A stretch of 63,228 bases of DNA, counting the filler, from Octopus bimaculoides (lineage: Eukaryota): the NCBI RefSeq assembly GCF_001194135.2. It is 4 parts of 4 records of this genome, joined end to end, with 100 filler letters (N's around TTAATTAATTAA, not from the genome) between each part and the next. Parts side by side here need not be neighbours in the genome. Positions count along the whole stretch, not along the records: positions 36,099 to 56,662 come from NC_068999.1; 3 more parts are not named here. One strand, given 5' to 3'. The position numbers and the translations under genes were made by a program. Shown one piece after another: positions 37,386 to 51,250 of the stretch (positions are counted from its first letter, which is position 1; each line of letters opens with the position of its first letter). The notes beneath the pieces are model-generated. The model ran no database searches, had not been told where the DNA came from, and saw nothing but the letters and a program-made list of their open reading frames with translations.

Positions 37386-37416
37386 TCATTCTTTCTTTCT
37401 TTCTTTCTTTCTTTCT
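37318..37416. repeat. (TTTC)n microsatellite
   Basis: Seen directly. Confidence 0.95.
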
Positions 37417-37764
37417 TTGGTTTTCCTTACGTTAATGTTAACGAATACTTTCATTTGTCATTATAGGATTGTTCTTTCTCCTCAGGTCACGGATCCTGAG
37501 GAGATCTTAGTTGTGTGTGTCTTAGTGTATCCACATGTATATTTGTATGTATGTGTGTGTGTATGTATGTGTGTATGTATGTGTGTATGTAGGTGGTTTG
37601 ATAGATAGATTGGTAGGCATATATATATGTATACTTGTATGTTTATGCATCTATATTAATATATTTATACACATGTAGATATGCATATATGTGCACACAG
37701 CTATTTGTCATTGCAAGATTCTTTTTTCTTATAAATGTATATGTATATATATATATATATATAC

Positions 37765-37803
<39 letters not shown>

Positions 37804-38187
37804 NNNNNNNNNNNNNNNNNNNNNNNNNNNNNNNNNNNNNNNNNNNNNNNNNNNNNNNNNNNNNNNNNNNNNNNNNNNNNNNNNNNNNNNNNNNNNNNNN
37901 NNNNNNNNNNNNNNNNNNNNNNNNNNNNNNNNNNNNNNNNNNNNNNNNNNNNNNNNNNNNNNNNNNNNNNNNNNNNNNNNNNNNNNNNNNNNNNNNNNNN
38001 NNNNNNNNNNNNNNNNNNNNNNNNNNNNNNNNNNNNNNNNNNNNNNNNNNNNNNNNNNNNNNNNNNNNNNNNNNNNNNNNNNNNNNNNNNNNNNNNNNNN
38101 NNNNNNNNNNNNNNNNNNNNNNNNNNNNNNNNNNNNNNNNNNNNNNNNATATATATATATATGTATCTATATATATACATTTGAATA

Positions 38188-38232
<45 letters not shown>

Positions 38233-39094
38233 CAAATGATTACCAGATAAACTAGAGTGTGCCTGCCAAATCTTCTTTAGCTACTTAACTCTATTTTTTC
38301 TGTTTGTGTCTGCAAGATAATTGGTCAGATTCTTAACTTAGCAGGATATATTCGCCTCCATATATACGTATTACTTAATACATACACTGATGCGCAGCAT
38401 AGCACAATGCCGCACATTGATTCGATATTTAAGAGAAAAATATTAATGAAATTGCTATTACATTAACTACTAATAGGTTCACTATAACATGATATTATAC
38501 ACCACATAATCGCATTTCAGACATAAAACATTTAAAACATACAAGCAATATTTATTTATAATTTTGAGGTATTTTAATGTAGTTAAAAAAAAAACATTCG
38601 CGCAGGTGCACACAAATACACACACACATACACACACACACACATACACACACATACACACATAAATTTATAGTGCAATATATCGATTCGTAAGATCCTG
38701 TGGCAATCGCAGAAAGCTCCTCTAGTGGACCCGGCTAGCAGATCACATAGTAATCCAATTCAGAGGAGTGTAATTTAGAATTCTATGCAACTGGAATCGA
38801 GGAGACCCGGTCTATGAAATTATTTCATGAGAAGTGTATAGACCATAAGATGTCAGGCGGTATGAGAGGCGAATATACTTAATATACATATTTAACCATT
38901 TGATAGCCTTAAGATTACAGCCTTTTCGCCGCCTTCATAATGTAATAATAATTTCGGTATATAATAAAATATTTTACGTGTCTGTACCTATATGCATGAT
39001 ACACTTTACACAATGCAATTGTACATTTTCAAATCAATGCAGATATAGAAGACTAGTTCTTCAGATCACCTGAACATCATGGTTTCACCAATGC

Positions 39095-39252
39095 TTCCAC
39101 ACTTCTTTCAGTTTCCATCTCCGAAATAAACTCACAAAGTTTTGTTGGCCTACCTGGGACTACAGCAAAAGTCTCTTGCCCAAGATAGCATGCAATGGGA
39201 CTGAATCCGTAGTTGGGAAGCAAGCTTCTTACCGCGCAGCCATGCCTGCGCC
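39095..39252 (-). mobile_element. SINE family A head fragment
   Basis: cttctttcagtttcc...gggaagcaagcttcttaccgcgcagccatgcctgcgcct. Confidence 0.8.
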
Positions 39253-39746
39253 TATATATATATATANNNNNNNNNNNNNNNNNNNNNNNNNNNNNNNNNN
39301 NNNNNNNNNNNNNNNNNNNNNNNNNNNNNNNNNNNNNNNNNNNNNNNNNNNNNNNNNNNNNNNNNNNNNNNNNNNNNNNNNNNNNNNNNNNNNNNNNNNN
39401 NNNNNNNNNNNNNNNNNNNNNNNNNNNNNNNNNNNNNNNNNNNNNNNNNNNNNNNNNNNNNNNNNNNNNNNNNNNNNNNNNNNNNNNNNNNNNNNNNNNN
39501 NNNNNNNNNNNNNNNNNNNNNNNNNNNNNNNNNNNNNNNNNNNNNNNNNNNNNNNNNNNNNNNNNNNNNNNNNNNNNNNNNNNNNNNNNNGATATACCGA
39601 GTTAACGTGATACATTTTGAGAAACAAGTGATGATTCCAGCAACCCTTTCTTTTTTTGTGAAATGGCCCTCACTTGCTTCGAAACATATATGTAGGAATT
39701 AAAGGAACTTTCATCGACATGCGTTTTGCTCCATTTGTTGTTATTA

Positions 39747-39810
<64 letters not shown>

Positions 39811-40136
39811 GCATATTATGCACACTGGCTTATATAATGAGGAAATGATTCTCTACAGCAAATAAGCAAATTTATTAACTCGTATGACGAATGGTAAGTG
39901 ACTGTCTTCAAATTGAAACCGTCGATTATTTTCGTCGTACGGTGAATGGCAAATGCAAATGCCATTTACAAACCACATACTTAAGATAATAGGCATCAGC
40001 AGTAAGAAGGAGGAAGAGGGGGATAAATACAAATGGAGAGAGGAATACTGGGAAACGGGGAAGACATGTTAGGTCAAGATCAAATGTATGTTAGTAAATT
40101 GTGAAAACGGAGACACCCACACACAGGGAGAAGAGT

Positions 40137-40209
<73 letters not shown>

Positions 40210-40430
40210 GGATAGTTATCCATAAATATGAACTTACTCTGCATGCTAATGAATACATGCGTATACAGGCATGTATGTATATGTTTCACTGTTTATTAGA
40301 CTGTTTTTGTCTGCTAATATATATGAATATCTTTTGTTAAACTGAAAGTGACTTTGTCTAATTTCGTGTGGATACGAAGAGCGAAGAGTAAAAGACAGAT
40401 AAGGGAGAGAGAGGGAGAGAGAGGGAGAGA

Positions 40431-40487
<57 letters not shown>

Positions 40488-41268
40488 NNNNNNNNNNNNN
40501 NNNNNNNNNNNNNNNNNNNNNNNNNNNNNNNNNNNNNNNNNNNNNNNNNNNNNNNNNNNNNNNNNNNNNNNNNNNNNNNNNNNNNNNNNNNNNNNNNNNN
40601 NNNNNNNNNNNNNNNNNNNNNNNNNNNNNNNNNNNNNNNNNNNNNNNNNNNNNNNNNNNNNNNNNNNNNNNNNNNNNNNNNNNNNNNNNNNNNNNNNNNN
40701 NNNNNNNNNNNNNNNNNNNNNNNNNNNNNNNNNNNNNNNNNNNNNNNNNNNNNNNNNNNNNNNNNNNNNNNNNNNNNNNNNNNNNNNNNNNNNNNNNNNN
40801 NNNNNNNNNNNNNNNNNNNNNNNNNNNNNNNNNNNNNNNNNNNNNNNNNNNNNNNNNNNNNNNNNNNNNNNNNNNNNNNNNNNNNNNNNNNNNNNNNNNN
40901 NNNNNNNNNNNNNNNNNNNNNNNNNNNNNNNNNNNNNNNNNNNNNNNNNNNNNNNNNNNNNNNNNNNNNNNNNNNNNNNNNNNNNNNNNNNNNNNNNNNN
41001 NNNNNNNNNNNNNNNNNNNNNNNNNNNNNNNNNNNNNNNNNNNNNNNNNNNNNNNNNNNNNNNNNNNNNNNNNNNNNNNNNNNNNNNNNNNNNNNNNNNN
41101 NNNNNNNNNNNNNNNNNNNNNNNNNNNNNNNNNNNNNNNNNNNNNNNNNNNNNNNNNNNNNNNNNNNNNNNNNNNNNNNNNNNNNNNNNNNNNNNNNNNN
41201 NNNNNNNNNNNNNNNNNNNNNNNNNNNNNNNNNNNNNNNNNNNNNNNNNNNNNNNNNNNNNNNNNNNN

Positions 41269-41302
<34 letters not shown>

Positions 41303-41560
41303 TATATATATATATATACAGACACATATATATGTGTGTGTTTGTGTGTGCGTGTGTGTATATATGCATGTATGTATGTACATATATGTTATACGTATGG
41401 AGGTAGGTATGTAGATAGATACACACACATACATATATACATAGACACGTAAATCTGTTCATTTTTTTAATGTAGAACCAATGATTACATACTCAATAAT
41501 GCACAGAAGCCCAAACACAAAGATGCACATACATGTAAACAAGCATGTGTGTATGTGTAT

Positions 41561-41600
<40 letters not shown>

Positions 41601-41890
41601 GTACACACACATACATACAAATTCTCAATGGCATCACCATATAGATATGTAAATAAATAGATGTAAAAAAATGCCCACATCAAATGGGAAGTAGATGCAC
41701 AGGAAAATGAAAACATAAATTAAATCCATTTATTTACAAAGAAAGGCATAACTAATGACATCGCTTTGTTTCGTATTAGATGTAGGCGCTCTGGGAGACC
41801 TTGGGATACCTACCTCATCAAACAAACCAACATTTTCAAAACATCTTTTACATATGAAGAGTTAAAATTTTCAAAACACACACACACACA

Positions 41891-41926
<36 letters not shown>

Positions 41927-42023
41927 NNNNNNNNNNNNNNNNNNNNNNNNNNNNNNNNNNNNNNNNNNNNNNNNNNNNNNNNNNNNNNNNNNNNNNNNNN
42001 NNNNNNNNNNNNNNNNNNNNNNN

Positions 42024-42069
<46 letters not shown>

Positions 42070-42320
42070 CATATATATAAATGTTCCAGCTTGCAGCAAT
42101 CCGTTATTCAGTATTTTCAGAATTTCAATGTCTTTATCATCCATGGAATTCTTCACATTGTGTCAGTTGATATAACAACTCCTCTCCCAACTTAAATATT
42201 ACATATCTAACGAAAATTTTGAGTTCTTTTATTTTGTTCGTATTTGACCGTGTACCAACATTACTGACGCACTACAGTCATCCGTCCGTCTGTCCATCTA
42301 TCCAGCCACACATGGATGTA

Positions 42321-43236
42321 TTGGGTTGTCCGGAAAGTTCGTGCTGATTTTTAAAGGAAAGAAAAAGGTCAATAAATACTTGCCATTACATTTTTAATCA
42401 ACCAAATATGAACCATTTTGTTGCACAATGTGTCGCCTCTCCATCTTTCCTTTAACTTGAAAATGCTCTCTTCCCAGAATTGAGGTGGTGTTATGACAAA
42501 GAATTCATCAAGGTATCTTTTTACGTCATCCAAGGAATTGAAATTTTTACCATTAAGACTATTCTGCAGAGACCTGAATAAGAGGAAATCCGAAGGAGCA
42601 ATATCTGGTGAATATGGTGGGTGGAGTAACACATCTCAGCCGAGCTGCAGCAATTTTTGTCTGGTTCCCAAAGAAACGTGCGATCTTGCATTATCATGTT
42701 GGAAAACAACACCCTTCCTGTTGGCCAATTCTGGACGTTTCTCTTGAATTGCTGCTTTTAACTCATCGAGTTGTGTCTAGTATTTCTCAGAATTAATTCT
42801 CTGGTTACTTAGGAGAAGCTCATAGTACAGAATTACTTTCCAATTCCACCAGACATAAAGCAAGACTGTTTTAGGGTGAAGACCCGCTTTAGGTTGGATA
42901 AGGGTGGCTCATGTCGCTTACTCCAGGATCGCTTTCTCTGAACATTTCAGTAGATAATTCATTTCTCATTACCTGTCACAATTTGCTTTAAAAAAAGGCG
43001 CATTTTTCCTTTTACAGAAAAAGAAAAGCATCAAGTGCCAAAAATGAACTTTCTTACCTTCCATTTTAAATGGTTACAGAATTAACACAGGTTATAGGAA
43101 CATAAACCTTCCACGAAAAGATAACTTAAACTGTGCTCTAAATGGAGGTGTCAAATCCTATTTTATGGACTCAACCATGTTCTAGAATAAGTCGAACGGT
43201 AAGCTACTATTGGCACGAACTTTCCGGACAACCCAA
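42321..43236 (-). mobile_element. Internally deleted mariner (DD34D) with perfect 24-bp TIRs and TA TSD, 916 bp
   Basis: TIR ttgggttgtccggaaagttcgtgc (42321-44) and its complement (43213-36); TA at 42319-20 and 43237-38. Minus frames: IVTGNEK*, KAGLHPKTVLLYVWW, RKGVVFQHDNARSH, HPPYSPDIAPSDFLLF. The N-terminal DNA-binding region is missing. Confidence 0.93.
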
Positions 43237-43418
43237 TATATAGATATATAAATGAATTAACAGCCAAATCCGAGAATATCCTATAAGAGCGGCCTTTGCA
43301 CTGCTTGCAATATTTTGGGGGAAATCGCAAATGTCTATAAGCTGATCCTCTTGTAACTCCTTCACTTTTTCTGAATTTACTGTCCTCTGCAGATAATATT
43401 TATCTTCCTTCTCTTATT

Positions 43419-43632
43419 GATTCCAAACTTTGGCACAAGGCCAGCAATTTCAGTGGAAGGTGTAAGTCGATTACATCGACCCCAGCGCTTGACTGACACT
43501 TATTTTATCGACGCCGAAATGATGAAAGGCAAAGTCGACCTCGGCAGAACTCGAACTTAGAACGAAAAATGGGGCGAAATGATGCCAAGCATTTTGTCCG
43601 GCATGCTAACGATTCTGCCAGCTCATCGTCCT
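43419..43632 (-). mobile_element. SINE family B (full length)
   Basis: Colinear with the other family B copies. Confidence 0.88.
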
Positions 43633-44194
43633 CTTTCTTCTGTTATTGCTGAAACAATACTGTGATTTAGGTAACAATGAATTGGTGACAGGGCTACTGA
43701 GTCTCTGAAATAATACCCTTCCCAGGGTCTCACCAGTATCAGAAAGGATTGACAAACACCTACTATCAGTTTTGCCAGTCTTGATTTTACAAATGTCAGC
43801 GTCGTTTGCATGTTGTTTGACTGCGAAATGCTTTTATTAATCCAAGCATTTGTGATATACTTGTAGAGAACGTACTTGTACAAGTAATCCCAGCTCCTTT
43901 AATAGCCCAGTAAGAATATTAAGCGAATCATAGGATATGTTGTTCTTAAGTGGACGGTTTCTGATAAAATCTCAAAGAGGTTGGTAGTTGACTGATGAGG
44001 AAAGTCAACTAGTTCGTCGAGGATTTGGAGGCCAGCACCAAACTCCGGATGAGGAAAAGTGTTAATATACACAGCCTTTCTAAATCAGAAGATGCTCTTC
44101 TGATCTTTCAGAATTATTAAACTGTCTACTATTTTTGAAGGAATGAAGGTGCTTTCATGGTGGAAAATATTTGCCATTTTTATTTTCAGTCTCA

Positions 44195-44572
44195 GGCTTG
44201 GCCTGGCTTCGTTGTGTGGTAAAGATGCCTGATTTGTAACCACTTGGTTTCAGGTTAGGTTCTACTGCGAGTATTTGCGGGTGACCATGGTTGACGTAGA
44301 CTCTATAGAAGTTCATTGTATATATGTATATATATTTACGTATATATGTATATGTGTGTCTTTGCATTTGTGCTTGTCTTCGACCACCACAGGGTAACCG
44401 CTATTCGTTTGTGCATATCCAATATACTTAGTGATTGGGTGAAAGAAACCAAAAGAATAAATGCCAGACTATGCAAGATAAGTACTGGGGTTGATGTGTT
44501 TGACTTAAATATTGGAAACGATGTTCCAGCATGGCCGCAGTCAAACGGCTGAAATAAATAAAAGATAAAAGG
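44195..44572 (+). mobile_element. SINE family A (diverged, partly deleted)
   Basis: gttgtgtggtaaag head; gataagtactggggttgat...ccagcatggccgcagtcaaacggctgaaa tail. Confidence 0.75.
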
Positions 44573-44722
44573 TAATATCCAAGAATTAGTCATAAAGTTG
44601 CATGTTAACAATAATAATCACTGGATGGGTGAGATACAAACATCACTGATTCATTTGGTGACTCTGCCTTAAGGCCGTGAATTCCAATACCCTTCTTCAT
44701 TATAACTATATGAGTGTTATGG

Positions 44723-44967
44723 TTTCGAATATTGGTTTCAAATTTTGGCACAAGATCTGCAATTTCGGGGTAGGAGGTAAATCGATTACATCGACCCCAG
44801 TTATCCGCTGGTACTTATTTTATCGACATCCAAAGGATGAAAGGCAAAGCCGACCTCAGCGGAATTTGAACTCAGAAAGTAAAAGCGGACGAAATGCTGC
44901 TAAACATTTTGTCAGGCATGCTAAAGATTCTGCCAACTTGCCGCCTTTAAAATTTCGAATATTGGTT
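44723..44967 (-). mobile_element. SINE family B with a 15-bp target-site duplication
   Basis: tttcgaatattggtt at 44723-37 and 44953-67 flanks a full-length copy. Confidence 0.9.
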
Positions 44968-45220
44968 ATGTAATAATATTTACTGTGTTATATCATTGGG
45001 TATTGACTGTGTAGAGTGCTGTGTTATATTGTGTATTGCTAACTGTCGAGAGTATTAGTGATGTGGATTATGCTGCACTGGGTGGTTAGTGCATAGATTA
45101 CGAGTTATGTGCAGTAAATGAAATGTGCACTGCTTAACTGAAAGCATGCTGTGTAAGATGAGAGCTTTGGTTAACAGGATATCTTTAGGATCCTCTGTAA
45201 CTTTGTGGGCCCTGAAATAC

Positions 45221-45449
45221 TTCATCTTTCATTTGTTGCAGTCATTAAGCTGCGGTCATGGTCCGGCGTCACCTTCAAGAATTTTTGTCGAACGAAGAAG
45301 CCCCAATACTTATTTTCTGTTAAGTTTGGCACTATCAGTCTGTTTTGCTGGACGATGAGCTACGAGGACGTAAACACGCCAAAACTGGTCGTGAAGCGGT
45401 GGCGGTAGGGGAACAAGCACAGACACTTAAACGCAGACACACATATGCA

Positions 45450-45524
<75 letters not shown>

Positions 45525-45626
45525 GACGAGATTCCATAGCCCGAGGCTATAGTAGAAGACACTTGCCCAGTGAAATTGAATCTAGAACCATGTGTTTGGA
45601 AGCAAGCTTCTTACCACACAACCACG
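45221..45626 (-). mobile_element. SINE family A with internal (TG)n(TA)n
   Basis: Head gaagcaagcttcttaccacacaacc; tail ttgcagtcattaagctgcggtcatgg. Confidence 0.8.
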
Positions 45627-47715
45627 TCTGTATATATATGAACTAAAGTTTATATATTTTATCATGCTGAGTGCTCCATTATTATTGCGACCATTTATCC
45701 TTCCATGACCTATATCCAGCCTATTTCAGTTTCTAGACACTTATATTTTGACAGTTTTTTTTTTACTACCATTTTTATAGAAATATTTTGGTGAAAAGGA
45801 TAGTGATGCTCACCAGTGTTCAGACACTTTTTAATCCAAGTCCCCTTGATTTAATTGCCAGTCCATACAAACTGACTGTGGCTAGGTTGCTGTCAGTTAC
45901 CATATTTGTCACAGTTCATGTATTGTCCAGTGGACGTAGCTATAGTCTTGACCGTGTCCATGGCTGTGCCTATGAATATACCTCGACCTACCACGAACTG
46001 GACAGCCGGAAATGACTTGGTCAACCAAAAAGGGGATGAACATATTGATATGAGATGGTCCCCTGTCTTATTGTACCAGTTGCATAACTTGCATCTAATA
46101 TTACCCTCTTATTATTATTTAATTTTTGTAGTTGTTTGTGGCATGACATTGGTCTTGTGCAGTTAAGCATTAGCTTCTTTATGCCTTTGCTCGAATTTCT
46201 TTCGTATCTGTCGACTCGTACGACGTTTTAGCTATGAAGCGTTTTTTTCTTCATTTCTTTTCTTCAATTTATTCTAGAAGTCCATTTTGACTTAGTCATT
46301 TGTAGTTATTTTAATCACTTTTATTGCTTTGTCTTCGTTTGAGTATTTTTCGTTTGGTTATTTAGTTTCTGATTTGTACATTCTTCTTCCTATTTCCTCG
46401 GTACACAAATAAAGTTTTCTTTGCATGCATCGAATCCTTTTTAAATGTCTCACTGTCGTTATCTTGTTACAACTGTCTATGTGTATCATTCGCCTTCTCT
46501 GTAGAGCGCGGATTAAACACATTCCATTAATGCGAACTTTGTGGTGCTTACTGCTGACTTGTGATGTCACGTGGAACCACGTGCAGGAGGGATTCGGCTC
46601 TCGTGAGATTTCACTGTGAAGATCGCCTCCATACTTTTTTTAAAAAATAAATGTAGGGGAGCAGCTTTCCTAAGCTGCTCTTGGCAACAAAGGTTGAGTG
46701 GCGGACGATACCAAAAGAATGGAAGGTAGACACTATCCTCTCTCGTCAAGCCCTCATCGATTATTTTTAGTTCCTCTTGTAAAGGAAAGCGAAGACGGAG
46801 ACGAAACTGTTTCCCCTCCAGTAAATTCGTCACAAAAGGTAGATAACTGGCAAGATGGTTAGGGTAGATGAAAATTGAATGAAACAGGCCTGATATTACA
46901 AGAGACAGGAGAACGATAGGATGTTGATGAAGACAAATAACTTACAATAGCATCAAACATCCAGACAAAGGTGGAGATTTATTGCATAGGCAACAGAAAA
47001 CACACTTCTAGGTTTCTTTGGTAACCCCAAGTTTTAATATGAGCAGGGCAGGCGGACAAACAGACGGAAATCAAGCAATGAGAAATCTTTCACCACCGTT
47101 ACACCGATGTTCCCAGATCTTTGTACAACAAGCAAGTTTCTGATTAAAGAAAAAAAAATATGAAGGTTCTATATGACCACAAATTTAGTGCAGATCTGTG
47201 AGAAAATGGGTTCCGATTACATGCTTCCTGCGGAAGACTGGATATTTTAATAAAAATCGAAAACAATACTGCGATAAAAATGTATAAACTATGACCATGA
47301 TGTGGGACTTCCCTTGACCACTCCAACCCAGAGAGTTTCTCACGGGCATTTTTTGAATAAGAAAGGAAATGAACTGCGAAACCAGAGGGGGAAAAAAACG
47401 ACATTGGAAGAGAATGAGAGACGTGGAGAGTCCTGATGTAATTCAGGTGACGGTTTCTCACCGTGTGTGGGTAAGTTTACCAAATCTATGTTTCACATTA
47501 TTTATTTATTTAAATATATTTTTGCTTTAATGACTACAGTGTATATAATCTTGAAGCGTTCTATTTTAAACATAAACTCAAACTTTAAAATTATCATTCT
47601 AAAAGCTCCACACTATTTATTTTGCTTTTTAAATAACTGTATCTTCTCCGTCTTCACACAATCTCCCAAGCTCTAATGCTTTACTTGTAATTTATGAGTG
47701 AATGAGCAGTCGTAG

Positions 47716-47758
<43 letters not shown>

Positions 47759-48138
47759 TTCACGCCGCCATTCATCTAACAAGTATCAATTAGTAAAGAA
47801 TCAATGTAAAAGTAAGTACTGTAACAGCCATATTGTAATTGTTGTAGTAGCAGGAGTATTTTTGTAAGAGTGTCTCTTTTTTTTGTTGCTTCCTCTCCCT
47901 GCTCCTTTTCCCTCTCCTCTTGCATCATTTTGTTAACACTGTTATCGTTGTTATTCTTCTTTCTTTCTTTCTTTTATCAGCGATTTCAATTGTTATGTAC
48001 TGTTCGGTTTTCGTAAGTGTGTACTTGGTCGTTACAGTTTAAAGAAACTACAAATACAGTGTTTCGAACGACACTACAATACAGTTTAAAGACGCTACAA
48101 TAACATGCAGATGGTAATTGGCGTGGCCGTGTACCTTT

Positions 48139-48225
<87 letters not shown>

Positions 48226-48647
48226 GTTATTATTATTATTTTCGCTGTTGTTGGGGAAGAACGGGACACAAAGCGTGTCAGAGGCTCCTCTACCCACAGA
48301 GCTTCATTTCGCCTGACAATGCCACATGAACAATTAGCAACATAGCTTCAATAGATACTCGAAAAGCCATGTTGCTAATAACTAACAAACTGACCTGTCA
48401 TACAACCAACCGCAACGTCTGTCCTTTCAGACAGCCTGCCATTCAAAATACATCGCTGCCTCTCACTCTCACTCTCTCTCTCACACTCTTTCTCTCTAAT
48501 CTCTCTCTTACTCTCTGCTCCTGTCTCTCCGCCCCCTCTCTCATTCTGTTTCTAATTCTCTTTTTCTTGATCTTTCGTTCTTGCTCTTTCTGGCTCACTT
48601 GCTCTCTCACATTTTCTCTACCTCTCACTCTTTCTGCCTGCCAGTGT

Positions 48648-48684
<37 letters not shown>

Positions 48685-49794
48685 TCTCTCTCCCTCTCTC
48701 TATCTCTCTCTCTCCCTCTCTCTATCTCTCTCTCTCCCTCTCTCTATCTATCTCTCCCTCTACTTTTCGTTTTTGATTCCTCTTTTTATTCTCTCCTTGT
48801 TCTCTCTCCCTCTCTCACATTCTCTTCTCTGTTCTTTTTTCTTTGTAACTTTCGATTTTTAGTGGGTGTGCCGTCCTATTATTGTGGCTTGGTTTAAGGT
48901 GTATGCACACNNNNNNNNNNNNNNNNNNNNNNNNNNNNNNNNNNNNNNNNNNNNNNNNNNNNNNNNNNNNNNNNNNNNNNNNNNNNNNNNNNNNNNNNNN
49001 NNNNNNNNNNNNNNNNNNNNNNNNNNNNNNNNNNNNNNNNNNNNNNNNNNNNNNNNNNNNNNNNNNNNNNNNNNNNNNNNNNNNNNNNNNNNNNNNNNNN
49101 NNNNNNNNNNNNNNNNNNNNNNNNNNNNNNNNNNNNNNNNNNNNNNNNNNNNNNNNNNNNNNNNNNNNNNNNNNNNNNNNNNNNNNNNNNNNNNNNNNNN
49201 NNNNNNNNNNNNNNNNNNNNNNNNNNNNNNNNNNNNNNNNNNNNNNNNNNNNNNNNNNNNNNNNNNNNNNNNNNNNNNNNNNNNNNNNNNNNNNNNNNNN
49301 NNNNNNNNNNNNNNNNNNNNNNNNNNNNNNNNNNNNNNNNNNNNNNNNNNNNNNNNNNNNNNNNNNNNNNNNNNNNNNNNNNNNNNNNNNNNNNNNNNNN
49401 NNNNNNNNNNNNNNNNNNNNNNNNNNNNNNNNNNNNNNNNNNNNNNNNNNNNNNNNNNNNNNNNNNNNNNNNNNNNNNNNNNNNNNNNNNNNNNNNNNNN
49501 NNNNNNNNNNNNNNNNNNNNNNNNNNNNNNNNNNNNNNNNNNNNNNNNNNNNNNNNNNNNNNNNNNNNNNNNNNNNNNNNNNNNNNNNNNNNNNNNNNNN
49601 NNNNNNNNNNNNNNNNNNNNNNNNNNNNNNNNNNNNNNNNNNNNNNNNNNNNNNNNNNNNNNNNNNNNNNNNNNNNNNNNNNNNNNNNNNNNNNNNNNNN
49701 NNNNNNNNNNNNNNNNNNNNNNNNNNNNNNNNNNNNNNNNNNNNNNNNNNNNNNNNNNNNNNNNNNNNNNNNNNNNNNNNNNNNNNNNNNNNNN

Positions 49795-49829
<35 letters not shown>

Positions 49830-49924
49830 ATGTATATTTATATTTACCCCTCCCCACACACACAAGCATATTGTTTTTATGTCAGGTTATATATAAAAAC
49901 AATTCAATATTAAACAAACTGATG

Positions 49925-50085
49925 ACGCATGTGTGTCTGTGTGATGAGAAGTTTGCTTCCCAACCACATGGTTCCGGGTTCAACTCCACTGCATGGCATC
50001 TTCGGCACGTTTTGCGGCGGCAAGTTGGGAGAATCGTTAGCATAAAATACTGCGATGCATTTCGTCCGATGCTCTAACGACTTTG
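49925..50085 (+). mobile_element. SINE family A head followed directly by a family B head
   Basis: gagaagtttgcttcccaaccacatggttccgggttcaactcccactgc, then ggcggcaagttgggagaatcgttagc. Confidence 0.7.
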
Positions 50086-50164
50086 TCCATTGGCTTCCTT
50101 GATGATAATGATTTCAAATTCTGGCATAGGAACAGCTTATGTGTTGAGGAAAGTGTTGTGTTTC

Positions 50165-50615
50165 TAAGCAGTGGGATGGAGCTGAGATGCAACAGACTTA
50201 GATATACAGGCTTCTCAACCACATCGTCCCGGGTTGAATCCCACTGCGTGGCACCTTTGGTGTCATTTGCTATAGCCTCGGGCAGACCAAAGCCTTCTGA
50301 GTGGATTTGGCAGACGGTAACTGAAAGGAGCTCGTCATTTATGTATGTAAATATATATGTGTGTGTCTTTGTGTCTGTGTTTGTCCCCCAATAACGCTTG
50401 ACAACCGGTGACGTTGTGTTTACGTCCCCGTAGCTTAGCCGTTCAGCAAGAAGTGTCCGATAGAATAAGGACTAGGCTTAGCCAAAATAAATAAATAAAT
50501 AAAATAAATATGAAGGTCTTGGAGTCGATTTGTTCGACTAAGAAAAAAACCCCTGAAGATGGTGCCCCAGCACAACTGCAGTCAAAATGACTGAAACAAG
50601 TAAAAGATAAGAGAT
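50165..50615 (+). mobile_element. SINE family A (near full length)
   Basis: cttctcaaccacatcgtcccgggttgaatcccactgcgtggcacc...gatggtgccccagcac..cagtcaaaatgactgaaacaagtaaaagataagag. Confidence 0.85.
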
Positions 50616-51000
50616 ATCAGTAAAATGAATGAAAATAACAAATCGATGAAAAATGATCTAGAAGGAGTTGTTCAATCATCAAAGGAATATAGATGTTCAG
50701 GGCATCTTGGAGAAATGTCTGCAAACGGAGTGTCTATTTGACTCAAGCGTTGTCAATGGGCAGATGTAAATTGTACGGAAGACATATGGAGTGTAGCCGT
50801 AATTTGAGAAGCCAGTCTTATCAAACACTTTGTTATTCTTATTCTGCACCAGGGTTACGTTAAGGATCCAAGCCTGTGGAATATTCAACCGCTTGTGTGT
50901 GTGCGTGAGTGTGTGTGTTTGTGTGAGCGTGTGTGTTCATAGTAACTGACGTGAGATATATTTCAGGTTGTTGAAGATTGTAAGGTGTATATCAGGTATG

Positions 51001-51250
51001 GGGAATCTTTTTATAGCTGAAGGCTGCATTGAAATTGTATGTGTCGAGGCGGGGACCCGATTTCATATATACGAATGCGATATTGAATTACATGTAATGG
51101 GACGGGGAACCATTTTATATCTGACGGCTGCATTGAATTACGCGTTGAAAGGCGGGGAACCGATGCACATATGAAGATAGCATTGAATTACGTGTAATGG
51201 GGTGGGGAACCATTTTTATACATGAGGGTGGCATTGGATTATGTATAATC
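51001..51250. repeat. Minisatellite of about 50-bp units with alternating A/B variants
   Basis: The unit core (gc)attgaatta...ggggaacc repeats about 4.5 times. Confidence 0.7.

Noticed and set aside
38716-38729. CTCF-like motif (minus strand tccactagaggagc)
   Set aside because: It is a single imperfect match with no supporting context.
51001-51250. CRISPR-like array
   Set aside because: The context is eukaryotic, the units are degenerate, the spacer portions are mutually similar, and there are no cas genes.
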